64,000 nt of DNA, taken from assembly GCF_009914755.1 (NCBI RefSeq), contig NC_060947.1; one strand, 5' to 3'. This DNA comes from the human T2T-CHM13v2.0 reference genome, Homo sapiens. The notes under the pieces were generated by a model. That model was given only the letters and a program-made list of their open reading frames with translations. It made no database searches and was not told the origin of the DNA. Below, one piece after another: positions 41,438-57,997 of this stretch (the stretch's first letter is position 1; each line of letters starts with the position of its first letter). Made by a program: the position numbers and the translations under genes.

Positions 41438-42496
41438 AGAAGATATCCACACAAAAAAGCAATTAAAGCAGACCATCAGAGAAAAACATCTTCACTTAAA
41501 TAAAGACAGCAAGAAAAGAAAGAAGAAAAAAAAAAGACTGCCAAACTACCAAAACTCGAATTAAAAAATGGCAGGAGTAAGTTGCTACTTATCAATAATA
41601 ACATTAAATTCAAATGAACCAAACTCTCCAATCTAAAGACATAGAGTGACTGAATGAATGAAAAAACAAGACCCAGTGATCTGTTGCCTATCAGAAACAC
41701 ATTTCACCTATAAAGGTACACACAGATTGAAAATGAAAGAATGGAAAAAGATATGCTATGGCAAGGGAAACCAAAAAAGAGCAGGAGTAGTTACACTTGT
41801 ATCATACAAAATAGATTTTAAGACAAAACTATAAGAAGATACAAAGAAGATCATTATATAATGATAAAGGGGTCAATTTAGCAAAAGGATGTAACAATTG
41901 TAAATATATATGCACCCAACACTGGAGAACCCAGATATTTAAAGCAAGTATTATTAGAGAATAAGAAAGAGATAAACCCCAAAACAGTAATATCTGGAGA
42001 GTTCAACATCCCACTTCTAGCATTGTACAGATGTCCCAGAAAGAAAATCAGAAAAGAAACTTTGGATTTGATCTGCACTATAAAATAAATGAATTGAATG
42101 GATATTTACACAAAAATTCATCCAATGGCTGCAGAATAAACATTATGTTCGTTAGCACATGAATGATTCTCAAACATATTCCATATGGTAGGTCACAAAA
42201 CAAGTCTTAAAACATTCAAACATCAAATTAATATCAAGCATCTTCTCTGACCACAATGGAATAAAACAAGAAATCAATAATGAGTGGAATTTTGGAAACT
42301 ATACAAACACATGGAAATTAAACAATATGCTCCTGAATGACCAGTGGGTCAATAAAGAAATTAAGAAAATTGAAAAATTTATTGAAACAAATAATAATGA
42401 AAACACAACAGACCAAAACCTATGGAATACAGTAAAAGCAACACTGACTGGAATTTATAGCTGTAAGTTCCTACATAAAAAAAAGAAGAAAAATTG

Positions 42497-45111
<2,615 letters not shown>

Positions 45112-45671
45112 AACTGCAAATAAATAAATTAACAATGTGTCTTAAAGATGTAGAAAAACAAGAACAAATAAAACTCCAAATCAGGAGAAGAAAATAAATA
45201 TTAAATATCAGAGCATAAATAAATTAATTTGAAATGAAGAAAATATAAAATATCAAGGAAACATAAAGTTGGTATTTTGAAATTTTAAACAAAATTGACA
45301 AAACTTTAGCCAGACTAAGAAAAAAAGTAAGAGAACCCAAATAAATAAAATCAGAGATGAAAAATGATACATTACGACTGATACCACAATAATTCAAAGA
45401 TCACTAGTGGCTACTGTGAGCAACTATATGCCAATAAAATGAAAAATCCAGAATATGTTGACGAATTCATAGACAAAATCTACCAAGATTGAAACAGGAA
45501 GAAATAAAAAACCTGAAGAGACCAATAACAAGTAACAAGTTCAAAGCCATAATCTAAAAATCTGCCAGCAAAGAAAACCGTGGGACCCAAAGGCTTCACT
45601 GCACAATTCTACCAAACACTTAAGGAACTAATACCAATGTTACTCAAAATGTTGTAAAAAATAGTGGATGT

Positions 45672-45965
<294 letters not shown>

Positions 45966-48900
45966 TAATAATGGAGGAGGGAATAGTTCTAAAATCATTC
46001 TACAAGGCCAGTATTACCCTGACTTTGAAAAAATACAAATAAAAATAAAACTACAGGCCAATATCTCTGATGAACATTGAGGCAGAAATCCTCAATAGCA
46101 CAGTAGAAAACTGAATTTAATAATACATTAAAAAGATCATACACCATGATACTAAGTGGGATTTACCCCTGGGATGCAAGGTTGGTTCAACATATGCAAA
46201 TCGATCATTATGACACCTTATATCAACAGAAGGAAGGACAAAACCATATGATCATTTCAACTGATGCTGAAAAAGCATTTGATAAAGTTCAGCATACTTT
46301 CAAAATAAAAACCCTCAAAAAACTGGGTATAGAAGCAGTATTCCTCAACATAATAAAAGCCTTATATTACAGATACACAACTAGTATCGTACTGAATGGG
46401 GGAAAACTGAAAGCTTTTCCTCTAAGATCTGTAACACAACAAGGATGCCTACTTTCACCCCTGTTATTTCATATAGCACTGAAAGTCTTAGCTAGAGCAA
46501 TTAGACAAGAGAAAAAAATAAAAGATATCCAAATTGGAAAGAAAGAAGTCAAATTATTTTTGTTTGCAGATGATATGATCTTATATTTGGAAAAACCTAA
46601 AGACTCCACCAAAATGCTATTAGAACTGATTTAAAAATTCAGTGAAATAGAGGGATATAACATCAACATAACCCAAATCAGTAGCCTTCCTATATGCGAA
46701 ATGGTGAAAAAACCCTCAAGAAGAAATAAAAACAGCAATCTTATTTACCATAGCCACAAATAAAATTAAATACCTAGGAATTAACTTATCCAAAGAAGTG
46801 ATAGATCTCTACAGTGAAAACTATAAGACACTGATGAAAGAAATGGAAAAGGACACCAAAAAAATGGAAAAATATTCCATGTTCATAGATTTAAAAAATC
46901 AGTATTTTTAAATTGTCCATACTATCAAAGGCAGTCTACAGATTCAGTGCAATCTCTATTAAAATACCAATTACGTTCTTCACAGAAATAGAAAAAACAA
47001 TTCTAAAATTTATATGGAATCACAAAAGACCTAGAGTACCCAAAGCTATCCCAAGCAAAATGAACAAAACTAGAAGAATTACATTACCTGGTTTCAAATT
47101 ATACTACAGAGCAATATTTACCAAAACAACATGGTACTGGCATAAAAACAGTCAAATAGACTAATAGAACAGAATTGAGAACCCCGTAATAAATCTATAC
47201 ACCTACAGTGAATTCATTTACAACAAAGGTGCCAAGAACATACATTGGGGAAAAACAGTCTCTTCAGTATATGGTGCTGGAAAAACTCGATATCCATGTG
47301 CGGAAGAATAAAACTAGACCCCTATCTCTCATCATACACAAAAATCAAGTCAAAATGGATTAAAGACTTGAAGACCTCAAATTATGAAACTACTGAAAGA
47401 AGACTTTGGGGAAACTGTCCAGGACATGTGGGCAAATATGTCTTGAGTAAAACACCACAAACACAGGAAATGAAAGCAAAAATGGACAAATGGAATCACA
47501 TCAAGTTAAAAAGCTTCTGAACCGCAAAGGAAACAATCAACAAAGAGAAGAGAAAACCCCCATAATGGGAGAAAATAGTTGCAAAATACCTATCTGACAA
47601 GGAATTAATAACAAGAATATATAAGAAGCTCAAAAAACTGTGTAGAAAAAAATCTAATGATCCCATCAAAAAATGGGCAAAAGATTTGAATAGACATTTC
47701 TCACAAGAAGGCATACAGATGACAAACAGGAATATGAAAATGTAATCAACATCACTGATAATCAGAGAAATGAAAATAAAACTGCAATGAATATCATGTC
47801 ACTCAAATTAAAATGACTTATATTCAAAAGACAGGCAATAACAGATGCTGGCGAGGATGTGGAGAAAAGGAAACCGTCTTACACTGTCAGTGGGAATGTA
47901 AATTAATACAACTACTATTGAGAAAAGTTTGGAAGTTCCTCAAAATACAAAGAATAGAGCTACCGTAGGATCCAGTAATCCCGCTGCTGGGTATATACTC
48001 AAAAGAAAGAAATCAGGACATCGAAGGGAGATCTATACTCCCATGTTTATTGCAGCACTATTCATAATAACTAAGATTTGGAATTAACCTAAGTGCTTCC
48101 CTCAACAGAAGAATGGATAAAGAAAATGTGATACATAGACACAATGGAGTACTATCCAGCCACAAAAAAGAATGAGATCCTGTCATTTGCAACAACATGG
48201 ATAGAACTGGAGGTCATTTTGCTAAGTGAAATAAGCCAGGCACAGAAACAAACATCACATGTTCTCACTTATTTGTGGATCTAAAAATCAAAACAATTGA
48301 ATTCACGGAGATAGAAAATAGAAGGATGGTTATAAGTCTGGGAAGGGTTTTGGGGGGTTGGGGGGAGGTGGGGGGGCTTAGTTTGTACAAAAAATAGAAT
48401 GAATGAGACTTAGTATTTCATTACACAATAGGGGGACTAAAGTCAATCATAATTGTACCTTTAAAAATAACTAAAAGAGTATAATTGGATTGTTGCAACA
48501 CAGAGGATAAATGCTTGAGGGGATAGATACACAATTTTCCACGAAGCAATTGTTATGCACTTTGTGCAGTACCAAAATTTCTTATGTATCCCGTAAACAT
48601 ATACAACTACTCTGTACCCACAAATATTAAAAATAAAAAAAATTTAAAATGTGAGTTTTTGAACCCATATCATGAAAATAGAACTTACGTATAGTAATTG
48701 AATGCGTAAGTAAGGCAGAGTTTTTATGTCAGGAAATAATTTTGAATTAGCTTCCCTTTTGTTCATGTTCTCCATCTACATTGGTTGCATCTATGTATCA
48801 TGGCTGTTGTATTTATGACTGACAATTATCTCAATTACTCAAAGATTTCATGTCTGTGCTTTCATAATCCAGGTGTTTTGTCATTAATTACATAGACCGT

Positions 48901-50799
48901 AAGATATGTCTCTCTCTTCCAAAATATTCTGCAAAATATCTTCTACCTATTACTATCACCTTAAAAAGGATTTCACACTGGCCTCTCTCTCCTCCCTTCT
49001 CTCTCAGCTCTATTGTGCTCTTTTTTTTCCACAGTTGGAGGAATTTTACTATCCATGGCTACGTATTATGCTAAGAGAGGTGGGATGCATTGGCCAAAGC
49101 TTCCTAAGGAGAGTCAGAATATTGCTTCTGTTCAAACTCCATGTCTGTGGTTTCCACAGCTTCCCCCAATTCCTTCCCCATTGCCATTAGTTTGTCACTC
49201 TGCCATAAGGGGATGTATAATAGGTTAAAATCTTTTCTGGATGGCCTCTGGTGAAAGCCTATTCAACAGCAGAGAGCTACAGGGGAGCTTGTGTGTTTTG
49301 GTTCTCAGGATCTTAAGCTTCACCTTTCTTGCTCTTCCTGCTGATGCTTCCATTCCAGCTGTTTTCTCCACTCCTCTTAAATGTCTCCCTCTATTAAGCT
49401 AGCCACTGAAGAATCACAGCTGTGCTCTCTTTTTGTAATCCCCCAAACTCTCAAACCAATATTCACTTCCATGATCTTCTATCATTCTGTACAAACATAC
49501 ATGAGAAGCTATTCCTAGGCAAAATGAATGAAATTGTTCTTTGTTGCTATGACAAGTCCACAGGCAGCCAAAATTCTCCTGTCCCATTGAGAAACAGAGG
49601 CAGGAAGTTACTAACATTTACATAAGTACTGAAAACTGACTGATTTCATATTAGATGCCCTTGAGATACCCAGGCCTCCAGCCAACTAAATTCCCATTTT
49701 CCCGCCTCAACATTAGTACATTAGACTTTTTGCCAAAGCTACTTGCTCAGCTGTAAGACCTCATGCTGTGACCAAGATAAGTGACTGTATAAATTAGAAG
49801 TGGAACCTCTAGCAGGAAGAATGAGAGCTAAAGAATCCCATAATCTAAAGGAATGTTTCACACCCATCTTTCCAAAGTGTATATATGCTAATGAATAAGG
49901 ATACTCCTTACCAGTAGAAATCCCTACTTCTGTATTACCATATTATACTTATTTCATGTCCTCATAAATGTTATTTCCTTCTCAAATATTTTTCAGAAGA
50001 AAATATGGAGTCAGTAAATATCACAACATGCCTAAATATTCATATTACAGAATTTTCTCCTATAAAACTATCAAATCTTGGACTGAACTAATCCTCCAAT
50101 ATGTTTAGGCCCTTTCATTGCAATTCCATCTAGAGAGTTCACTGTGACTTTGTTCTCATTTCCCATCCCCTGACTATCCTACACTGCTCTCATGACAGTG
50201 TGTGTGTGTGTGTGTATATTCAGAAACGCTACTTGTTAACATTTCACAGCCAGAAAATGCACACAAGTATTGATTTTGTGTTTTTAATGAAGTTTTATTA
50301 AAATTCTCTTTTTCCAAAGCCACCAATTCAAGAAGGAAAATATTCAGGCTGTCAAATTGTTCTTTTGTCTGAATTAGTCAAGACTGTGCACATTATATTT
50401 CATATACCCAAAAGGGTTTAGAAACAAAACAATAGTCCAAAATATTTATAGAATTAATAATTCAGCAATGGTTAATGTGTTAAAATTATTTTCACTAATG
50501 AGAGAATGTTTAGTTCCGTAAAGGCCACGCAAAGAGTTGGACTGTCTATCTTCCAGAGCTCTGGTAAAAGGAGCATAACATTTTCTAAAAAGTGTTGTCA
50601 TAGAAATAATATTTACTCCTCAAATATGTATGGAATTCCATAGTCTCCAAATATTTTCAAACTCATTACTTCATTTTGTAGTCTTGAAAAAACAAAAAAA
50701 AAAAGCAAATTTTACTTGTATCAATGCGACAGAGAAATTCTGAGAGCTAATCACACATACATATACCGTAGAGCCAGTCTCTACCAACTGCAAATTCTG

Positions 50800-50897
50800 T
50801 TTATCTCCTTGAGGTCAGGAGCGTGCATTCCCAGTGACCGTCACAGGGTATAGCAAATAATTGATATTTAGTAAATATGTGCTGAGTAAATGAATTA
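50800..50897 (+). mobile_element. L2 3' terminal fragment
   Basis: 'ctccttgaggtcagg...tagtaaatatgtgctgagtaaatgaat' resembles the L2 tail. Confidence 0.55.
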
Positions 50898-52861
50898 AGG
50901 ACCTGTCTTGAGACAGAAGCCCTATGATAGGTTGTCTTCCCTGTCCAGCATGTCTACGGGGATTTGTAGGTGAGTATAGCTCATTGACGAGGCCATGTTG
51001 TTAGTGTCCAGAAAGATTGCAAAAAAGTGGCGACTATAAAAAAATAAATAAATAAATGTCAGCAACTGCTTTCTGTCTGTGTTGCTTTGTTTTTTTACCC
51101 AAGCCACTTGTGGTCACTCACTGTCTCCAAGTATCCTACAAGCACCCAGGCTGGACTTATTCTGGGGCAGTGTCTCATCGCTCTATAAAAAGTTTGTGTG
51201 ATAATCTTAAAATCTTATTGCCAAGAGAATAATTCTGGCATGGTCTTGATCTTACTTTTGGCTTCCCAAACTATTCTTGGTCATTGTGATCCGGACTGAT
51301 CTGCAATGGGATAGCCATTGCTTACGTCATTCCCTTTATTAGTGAAGATAATGTTCCCGGCCTTCACCTATTATTCCAAGGACTGATTCAGCAATTTTCT
51401 GCTTTCTAATCTGAATGCTCTGGATTGGAGTTCATGCAGTAAGTGATTTCTCTCTTCGTGATTAAAAATTTAAAGCATAATTTTGAAAGAGAAGGCTTTT
51501 CCACTTGGAGAACAAACTTAAAATAGATTCATCTGTGCAGTATCTGGAAGCTTCCTGGGAAACAGTATTATGCATTTTCCAGGTGTGACAGCCATGGAGG
51601 TGCACTGCTCAGATCACCCTTAAAGAGAACGTGCTGCAGGGAACACAGTAGACTGGCAGCTTCCAGCTGCTGCATCTTGGGATTCACTGTGGCGCTTGCT
51701 TCAAGGCCGCATTTCCCCTGGAGGCAGCTCCCAGTTAAGTGTTGATCCAACAAGGGTACCAGAGCCAGTCTGTCTCTGCTTGATGCAGGACTCCTCTCAC
51801 AAGCTACTTTTGTGTGGGGCCCCCTCATTGGTCAGCCTGAGAGTTTCTCAGTAGTATGCTGCCGTCAGAAAACTGTATCATAATCAAAAGTCCTTCCCTA
51901 CCTACTCTTGTTCCTTCCCCCTTTATCAATATATCTCTTGCATGTCTTATCCCATCTCAACATCTGCTTCTTGGAAGTTCCAAATTGACATCGAGCATGG
52001 CAGAAGAAATCTAAGAAAAAGAAGAAGATGGTAAGATGGGTTTCAGGACTGGCTCACTCCCTGCCTGGCTGGAAAGAATGACCCCTTTCTAAGTAAAATG
52101 AGAAGTAATAATAATCCCTGGCACACCATTACAGCACAGTTGCTGAAGATTTTTCCAGTGATGAACTGAAAGAATGTTTTGGTAAAGAAGAATGTACTTG
52201 CTGGAGTGAATATTCAGGCATTTGAAAAGTTTGATGGGTAGGGAAAAAATGTCTATAGGAACAGTACTGTTGGCTGGTTATAACTACAGGGTAATGCTAC
52301 CCTGTAGAAGGATTTTGAAAAAATTGATAGTGGTTACGAAATAGTTAAGGGCTAAGTGTGTGAGTTAGCGAACGTTTCTGATAGCTTACAAAGAAGCCCT
52401 TTCCAACAGTGGAAGGGTAAACACAGCTGAAGATACTCAGGATTTAAAGGTTGAGAGCTCCAAAGATGTTTTAATAATGTTTGTCGATGGCTAGTCTGTT
52501 ATGCTAACTTCAGTGTCCTGGGGAGAACAACTTAAGAAGCTGAAATATGAGATGGGGTTAACTGGGTGTATGGCCCTAAGATTTTTGCCTCTGGAGACGT
52601 CCTGGAATATTAAGAGCATGCAGAAGTTGCTCAGCACTCCCTCATATGACCTGGCGTCCCCCTTAGATGTGGGAAGACAATGAAGAGGCCTCTTTCAGAA
52701 AAGGTAACAGGTAATCCCCTCAGGAGTAGTGACCACCTGCCTTCTTGGTTGTCAGACCAACAACTAGGATTAAGTTCCCACAAAACCCAGGTAGGGGAGT
52801 TTTGAGCCTGATAATGGAGAAAATGGTTTACACCCTAAAGGAGCTCCAAGAAGTAGCTAGC

Positions 52862-53234
52862 TGTCTTAGTCAGTTCAGGCTGCTATAACTAATTGCCATT
52901 GTCTGGGTGGTTTAAACAACAGATATTTATTTCTCATAGTTCTGGAGGCTGGGAAGTTGAAGATCAAAGCACCATCAGATCTGGTGTCTGCTAAGGGTCT
53001 TCTTCTTTGTTTGCATATGGCTGTCTTTTTGCTGTGTCCTCATATTGGAGAAGGCAGAGAGTGAGAGGCAAGCTCTTGTGTTTCTTCTTATGAGGACGCT
53101 AATCCTATTCAGGAGGGTTCTACCCTCATGACATAATTATCTCCCAAAGCCCTACCTTTTGATATCATCATATCGAGTTGTTGGAATTTCACCTTGTGAA
53201 TTTAGTGGGTAACACAAACATTCATTCCATAACA
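52862..53234 (-). mobile_element. MLT1A-like solo LTR
   Basis: tgtcttagtcagttcaggctgctataac...cattccataaca; TSD CTAGC (52857-52861 / 53235-53239). Confidence 0.9.
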
Positions 53235-54791
53235 CTAGCATGTACTGACCAGGAGCCAATAAATTACCCTTGGGACTCAATTTTGAAAGTGCTTGATCAA
53301 GGGATACAGATAAGTAAGAACTCATTATCTTGGAGGCATTTTTTTCAGAATATGGAATTTAATACTCTTGCAAGGACCTCAGTGGATGGAGCAAAGTTGC
53401 TGTTAGAATGGCTCATTAGAGACCAGGAGTAAAAAAAAATGGCACATGCAGAATGAAGTGGAAATTTCTGAGTTTCTCCAGCAGATGAGAGATTAAGGAA
53501 TTAAAAACGCTTGGGGAAGTGAGCTAGAATAGATTAATGTATGATACCAGAAGGTCTTCCTGAGTATTATGTTTCACAAGATGGCCCAGATGACACATAG
53601 AAATAGAAATGTGTTTGTGAGAGGCCACCAGCGTCGCCTAGTTAAGTGTTGACCCTTTTCTGTAGGCCATGGTTGATTGTTATAGAGGCGGTCAGCGACG
53701 TATGCTTCTTTTAGAAGTATATATATATTCAGGAGGATGATGAGGTCCCCAAGTAACAAAGGCCAGAAGCCAGAATGATACAAACACCACAATGACCAGC
53801 TAGTTTGGAGTAGCACTTAAAAGGGCTTGTCGTGCAGGGAGATACAGATATTGTTACTTGAGCCTGATATAACTAGGGGAAAAATAGAAGGCAGACAACG
53901 AGGGTGCTGCTTAACATCTACAACCAGAAAGAAAAGCAAGAATGCCAGAGCAGGATGCTGATGACCATTTATGTGAATTACTTTACACTGATAAAAGGGA
54001 AATACTCAGACACTTTGTGAACTATTGATCAAAGAATCTAAGTAGACACTGATATCTGGAGACACAAAGAGTCACCATAGTTCCCCTACTAGAGTGAGAG
54101 CTTATAATGCAGGTGATGAATGAAGAACTGACTAATATCTGAATTAGAGTGGGTCCACTGGGTCTTCAGAGCCAGTCAGTGTTTACTTCTCCAGTTCTCA
54201 AGTGTATAATTTTGGTGTGCACTCCTGGAAGTTAGAGTGACACCCACATGGCGTGCTTGGTTTGTTAAGAGGTATCAGAGAGCGGAATACCAACTGAACA
54301 TCTCAAAACTTCACCCTTTACCCTCAAGCCAAGATAATACATTAAAAACAGAAAGAAAAAAAAATAGTGCACCCTTGGGGAGATAAAAAGATGGTGAAAA
54401 ATATTGTGGTCCCTATCATCTCTGCCTAATTTGGTATTCTGGGCCTTGAAGAAACCAGATAGATACAGGAAAATGACTGTAGTCTACTGCAAGATAAATC
54501 AAATAATAGTCTTGATTATAGCTGTCATTCCAGGATTCAAATAAAAACAGGAAGAGAGGAGATCAGCAGATAGCTCAGCCCCTCACACCACCTGTCATAG
54601 TTGTTTCAGGTTTCCACATTTATTGCACACCTATGGCCATATGGGGTTTTTCTATGTTTAACTGATAAAGAAGGGAAAAAGCCCAAGCCGTGTTACAAAT
54701 GTATCAGCTTAGTTTTTGGGTGCAAGCCCAAAGGTGATGGTGGTTGCATTACAGCCACATTCAGAGGTGGCCTTAAAATAAGGAGAAAGGG

Positions 54792-55105
54792 GGCTGGGCA
54801 TGATAGCTCATGCCTGCAATCCCAGCACTTTGCAGGGCTGAGATGGGAGGATCGCTTGAGCCTGGAGTTTGCAACCAGCCTGGGTAATATAGTGAGACAT
54901 CATCCATATAAAAAGTTTAAAAATTAGCCAAGTGTTGTGGCATGGGCCTGTAGTCGCAGCTGCTCAGGAGTCTGAGGTGGGAAGATTACTTAAGCCCAGG
55001 AGGTGGAGATTGTAGTGAACCAAGATTGTGTCACTGTGCTCCAGCCTGGGTTACAGAGCAAGATCCTGTCTCAAAAAAAAAAAAAAAAAAAAAAAAGAGA
55101 GAGAG
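54792..55105 (+). mobile_element. AluJ
   Basis: 'ggatcgcttgagcctggagttt', 'aagattacttaagcccagg', long A tail. Confidence 0.93.
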
Positions 55106-57167
55106 AGAAAAGGAGAGAGGTTATCTTCCCAATGTGTAGAGTTTGGATTAATGTATCTGGCAATCAACATTGTGTGGAAGAAGTGGCTTTAGCTGATAAT
55201 ATGAATAAATTTTGAGGCATTGGCCAAATGGCCTGGCTGTCTAGTTAAGGGTTTGGAAGTCAAAAGACTAGAAGATTGAAGAAAAGGAAACCTGTAATAG
55301 TATATGTCAATGGACACATAGGATGGACCAAAAAGTGTGAAGGTTTTTGCTTCATCAATACCTACCAGAGACCATCCACCATGAAAGAGGCATTGACCAA
55401 CCAGACACCAATGACTCAACAACTTGATATTAGCCTGATTTTACTGATGGCCACTTGGGAACTGGTGCAAGGAGTGCAGGTGAGGACTGGTGGCCATCAT
55501 AAAAGAGATTAAGGCTATAAATGGGCCCAACAAACATGGACTGTCACTTACAAAGTTCAATCTAGATACTTCTGCCCAGCGGTGCATTGAGGGTAATAAT
55601 AGCAACAACAAAACTCAAACCAAGCTTAACTCCTGATGAGATTGACTCAACCTCCAACATTCATGACCTACCAAAGGAAGAAGTTTGCCAGTTTGAAGCC
55701 ATCATCCTATTTCCCTCAGTCTCTGCTATCCTTTATGAAATATCTAGCATTTAATAAAACCTATGAGATTCACAATAAAGCAAGAATAAACAATCTACTA
55801 TGAACAGATACATCAATCAACAAAATTAGAGTCAGATTTCACCCAGACATTAAAACTATCAGAAAATTTAAAATAACCATTCACTAATATTTTAATGGCT
55901 TTAAAAGTAAATCTGGACAATGTGCATGATCAGATGATGAATTTCAATGGAAGGATTAAAACCTTAAGAGTTAAGTGAAAACACTGGAAACAAAAACAGA
56001 AACATGGTAACAGAAATGAAGGTTGCCTTTGATGGGCTCATTATGAGACTCAAGAATCAATGAACTTAAAACTGGATTAATAAAAATTACCTAAATTTAT
56101 CACAATGAGAAAAGAAAAAGTGTTTTTTTAAAAAAGAATATCTGAGTCTTCTAGGACAATATCCAACACTTTAATGCATGTGAAATTGGAATCTCAGAGA
56201 TGTTCAAAAATAATGAAGAAAATTTTCAGAAAATAATGAGAGACATCGAAACACAGATCAAAGGAGCTGAAAGAACCCCAAGCAGGATAACAGGATAAAC
56301 ATACACACACAGACACACACACACACACACACACTAGACACATTACATCTTACTCCAACAGTTGAAAACCAAAGATAAAGAGAAAATGCTAGAAGTATAT
56401 AAAGATAAAAAAGATATTGCATACAAGAGGACAAAATATTATTAAAGTCAAAATTTTGTCAGACATGCAAATAGTAATAGTGGCAACTTTAAAGTGCTGA
56501 AAGAAAAAAAACTTTCAACATATATACAGAGAAAAGTATCTCTTAAAATGAAGAAGTAAGGTCCTTTCTAATCTAAGTACTGAGAAAGTTAATTACTTGC
56601 AATACAGGATATGTTAAAGGAAGTTATTTAGGCAAAAGGAGTATAATACCAAAAAGAAGCTTGAATCTATACAAAGTAATGAGGAAGTCTATAAATGGTT
56701 GAATAAAAGGAAATATAATAGAGTGCTTCTTATTCTAAGTGTTTTAAAAGATAGCTGACTGTCTAAAGCACAAAAAATAATTGCCATATGTTCTGAATTT
56801 CTATCATATGCAAAAGTAAAATATATGAAATTATTGGACAAAAGATGAGGGGAAGAGTTGAGAGTATACTATTATAAGATTCTTAAGCTACACGAGAAGA
56901 GATAATATTATTTGAAGATTGGCTGTAGTTAAAGATATATAATTTAAACACTAAAGCCACCAATAAAAGTTAAAAAGCGGTATAAATAATAACCAAGTAC
57001 TATAAATAATTAAATATAAATATTAGTATAAATACTGTGAAAATATAAGTAAATAACATAAGTAATATTTTTAAAATATAAATAATAAGGCAATAGTGGA
57101 GCTAAAATGAAATCATACAAGGCTCTCAAATAATCTGGAACAAAGGAAAGAAAAGGGAAATATGTAG

Positions 57168-57530
57168 TGTATTAGTCCGTTTTCACGTTGCTGATAAAGA
57201 CATACCCAAGACTGGGCAATTTACAGAAGAAAGAGGTTTAATGGACCTACAGTTCCACGTGGCTAGGGAGGCCTCACAATCTTGGCAGAAGGCAAAAGGC
57301 ACTTCTTACATGGCGGTGTCAAGAGAGAGAATGAGAGCCAAGTGAAAGGGGTTTCCCTTTATAAAACCATTAGATATTGTGAGACTTATTCACTACCACG
57401 AGAACAGTATGGGAGAAACCGCCCCCGTGATTCAGTTATCTCCCACCAGGTCCCTCCAACAACACATGGGAATTATGAGGGTACAATTCAAGATGAGATT
57501 TGGGTGCAAACACAGAGCCAAGCCATATCA
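57168..57530 (-). mobile_element. THE1B-like solo LTR
   Basis: tgtattagtccgttttcacg...gccatatca; TSD TGTAG (57163-57167 / 57531-57535). Confidence 0.94.
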
Positions 57531-57650
57531 TGTAGGAAAGGATAGATGGAATAACAAGAAAGTAACTAATAAGATGGTAGACTTTAATACAAGCAAATCA
57601 ACAATTACATTAAATGTAATGCATGCCAATTAATAGAGATTGCTAACTTG

Positions 57651-57997
57651 AATGGAACTGGAAAACATTATCCTGAGTGAAATAATTCGGGAACAGAAAA
57701 CCAAATACTACATGTTCTCATTTATAAGTGGGAGCTATGAGTATGCAAAGATATAGAGAGTGGTATATGGGACATTGGAGAATCAGAAGGGGAGAGGGTA
57801 GGAGGATGGGAAGAAATGAAAAATTACCTACTGGGTACAATGTACACTATTGAGCTGAGGGGCATGCTAATACCCCAGACTTCACCACTAAACAATTTAT
57901 CCATGTATCCAAAAAATATCTGTACCCCTAATGCTTTTGAAATTTTTAAAAATTATAAAATAAAATAAATTACCTCATAACAAATTTTTGAAATATA
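57651..57997 (+). mobile_element. L1PB-type 3' end fragment
   Basis: 'atggaactggaaaacattatcctgagtgaa...ccagacttcaccac'; flanked by repeated AGAGATTGCTA (57635-57645 / 57998-58008). Confidence 0.85.

Noticed and set aside
57960-57997. Extra sequence between the L1PB tail and the right TSD (possible 3' transduction)
   Set aside because: Too short and AT-rich to distinguish from a decayed tail or local duplication.
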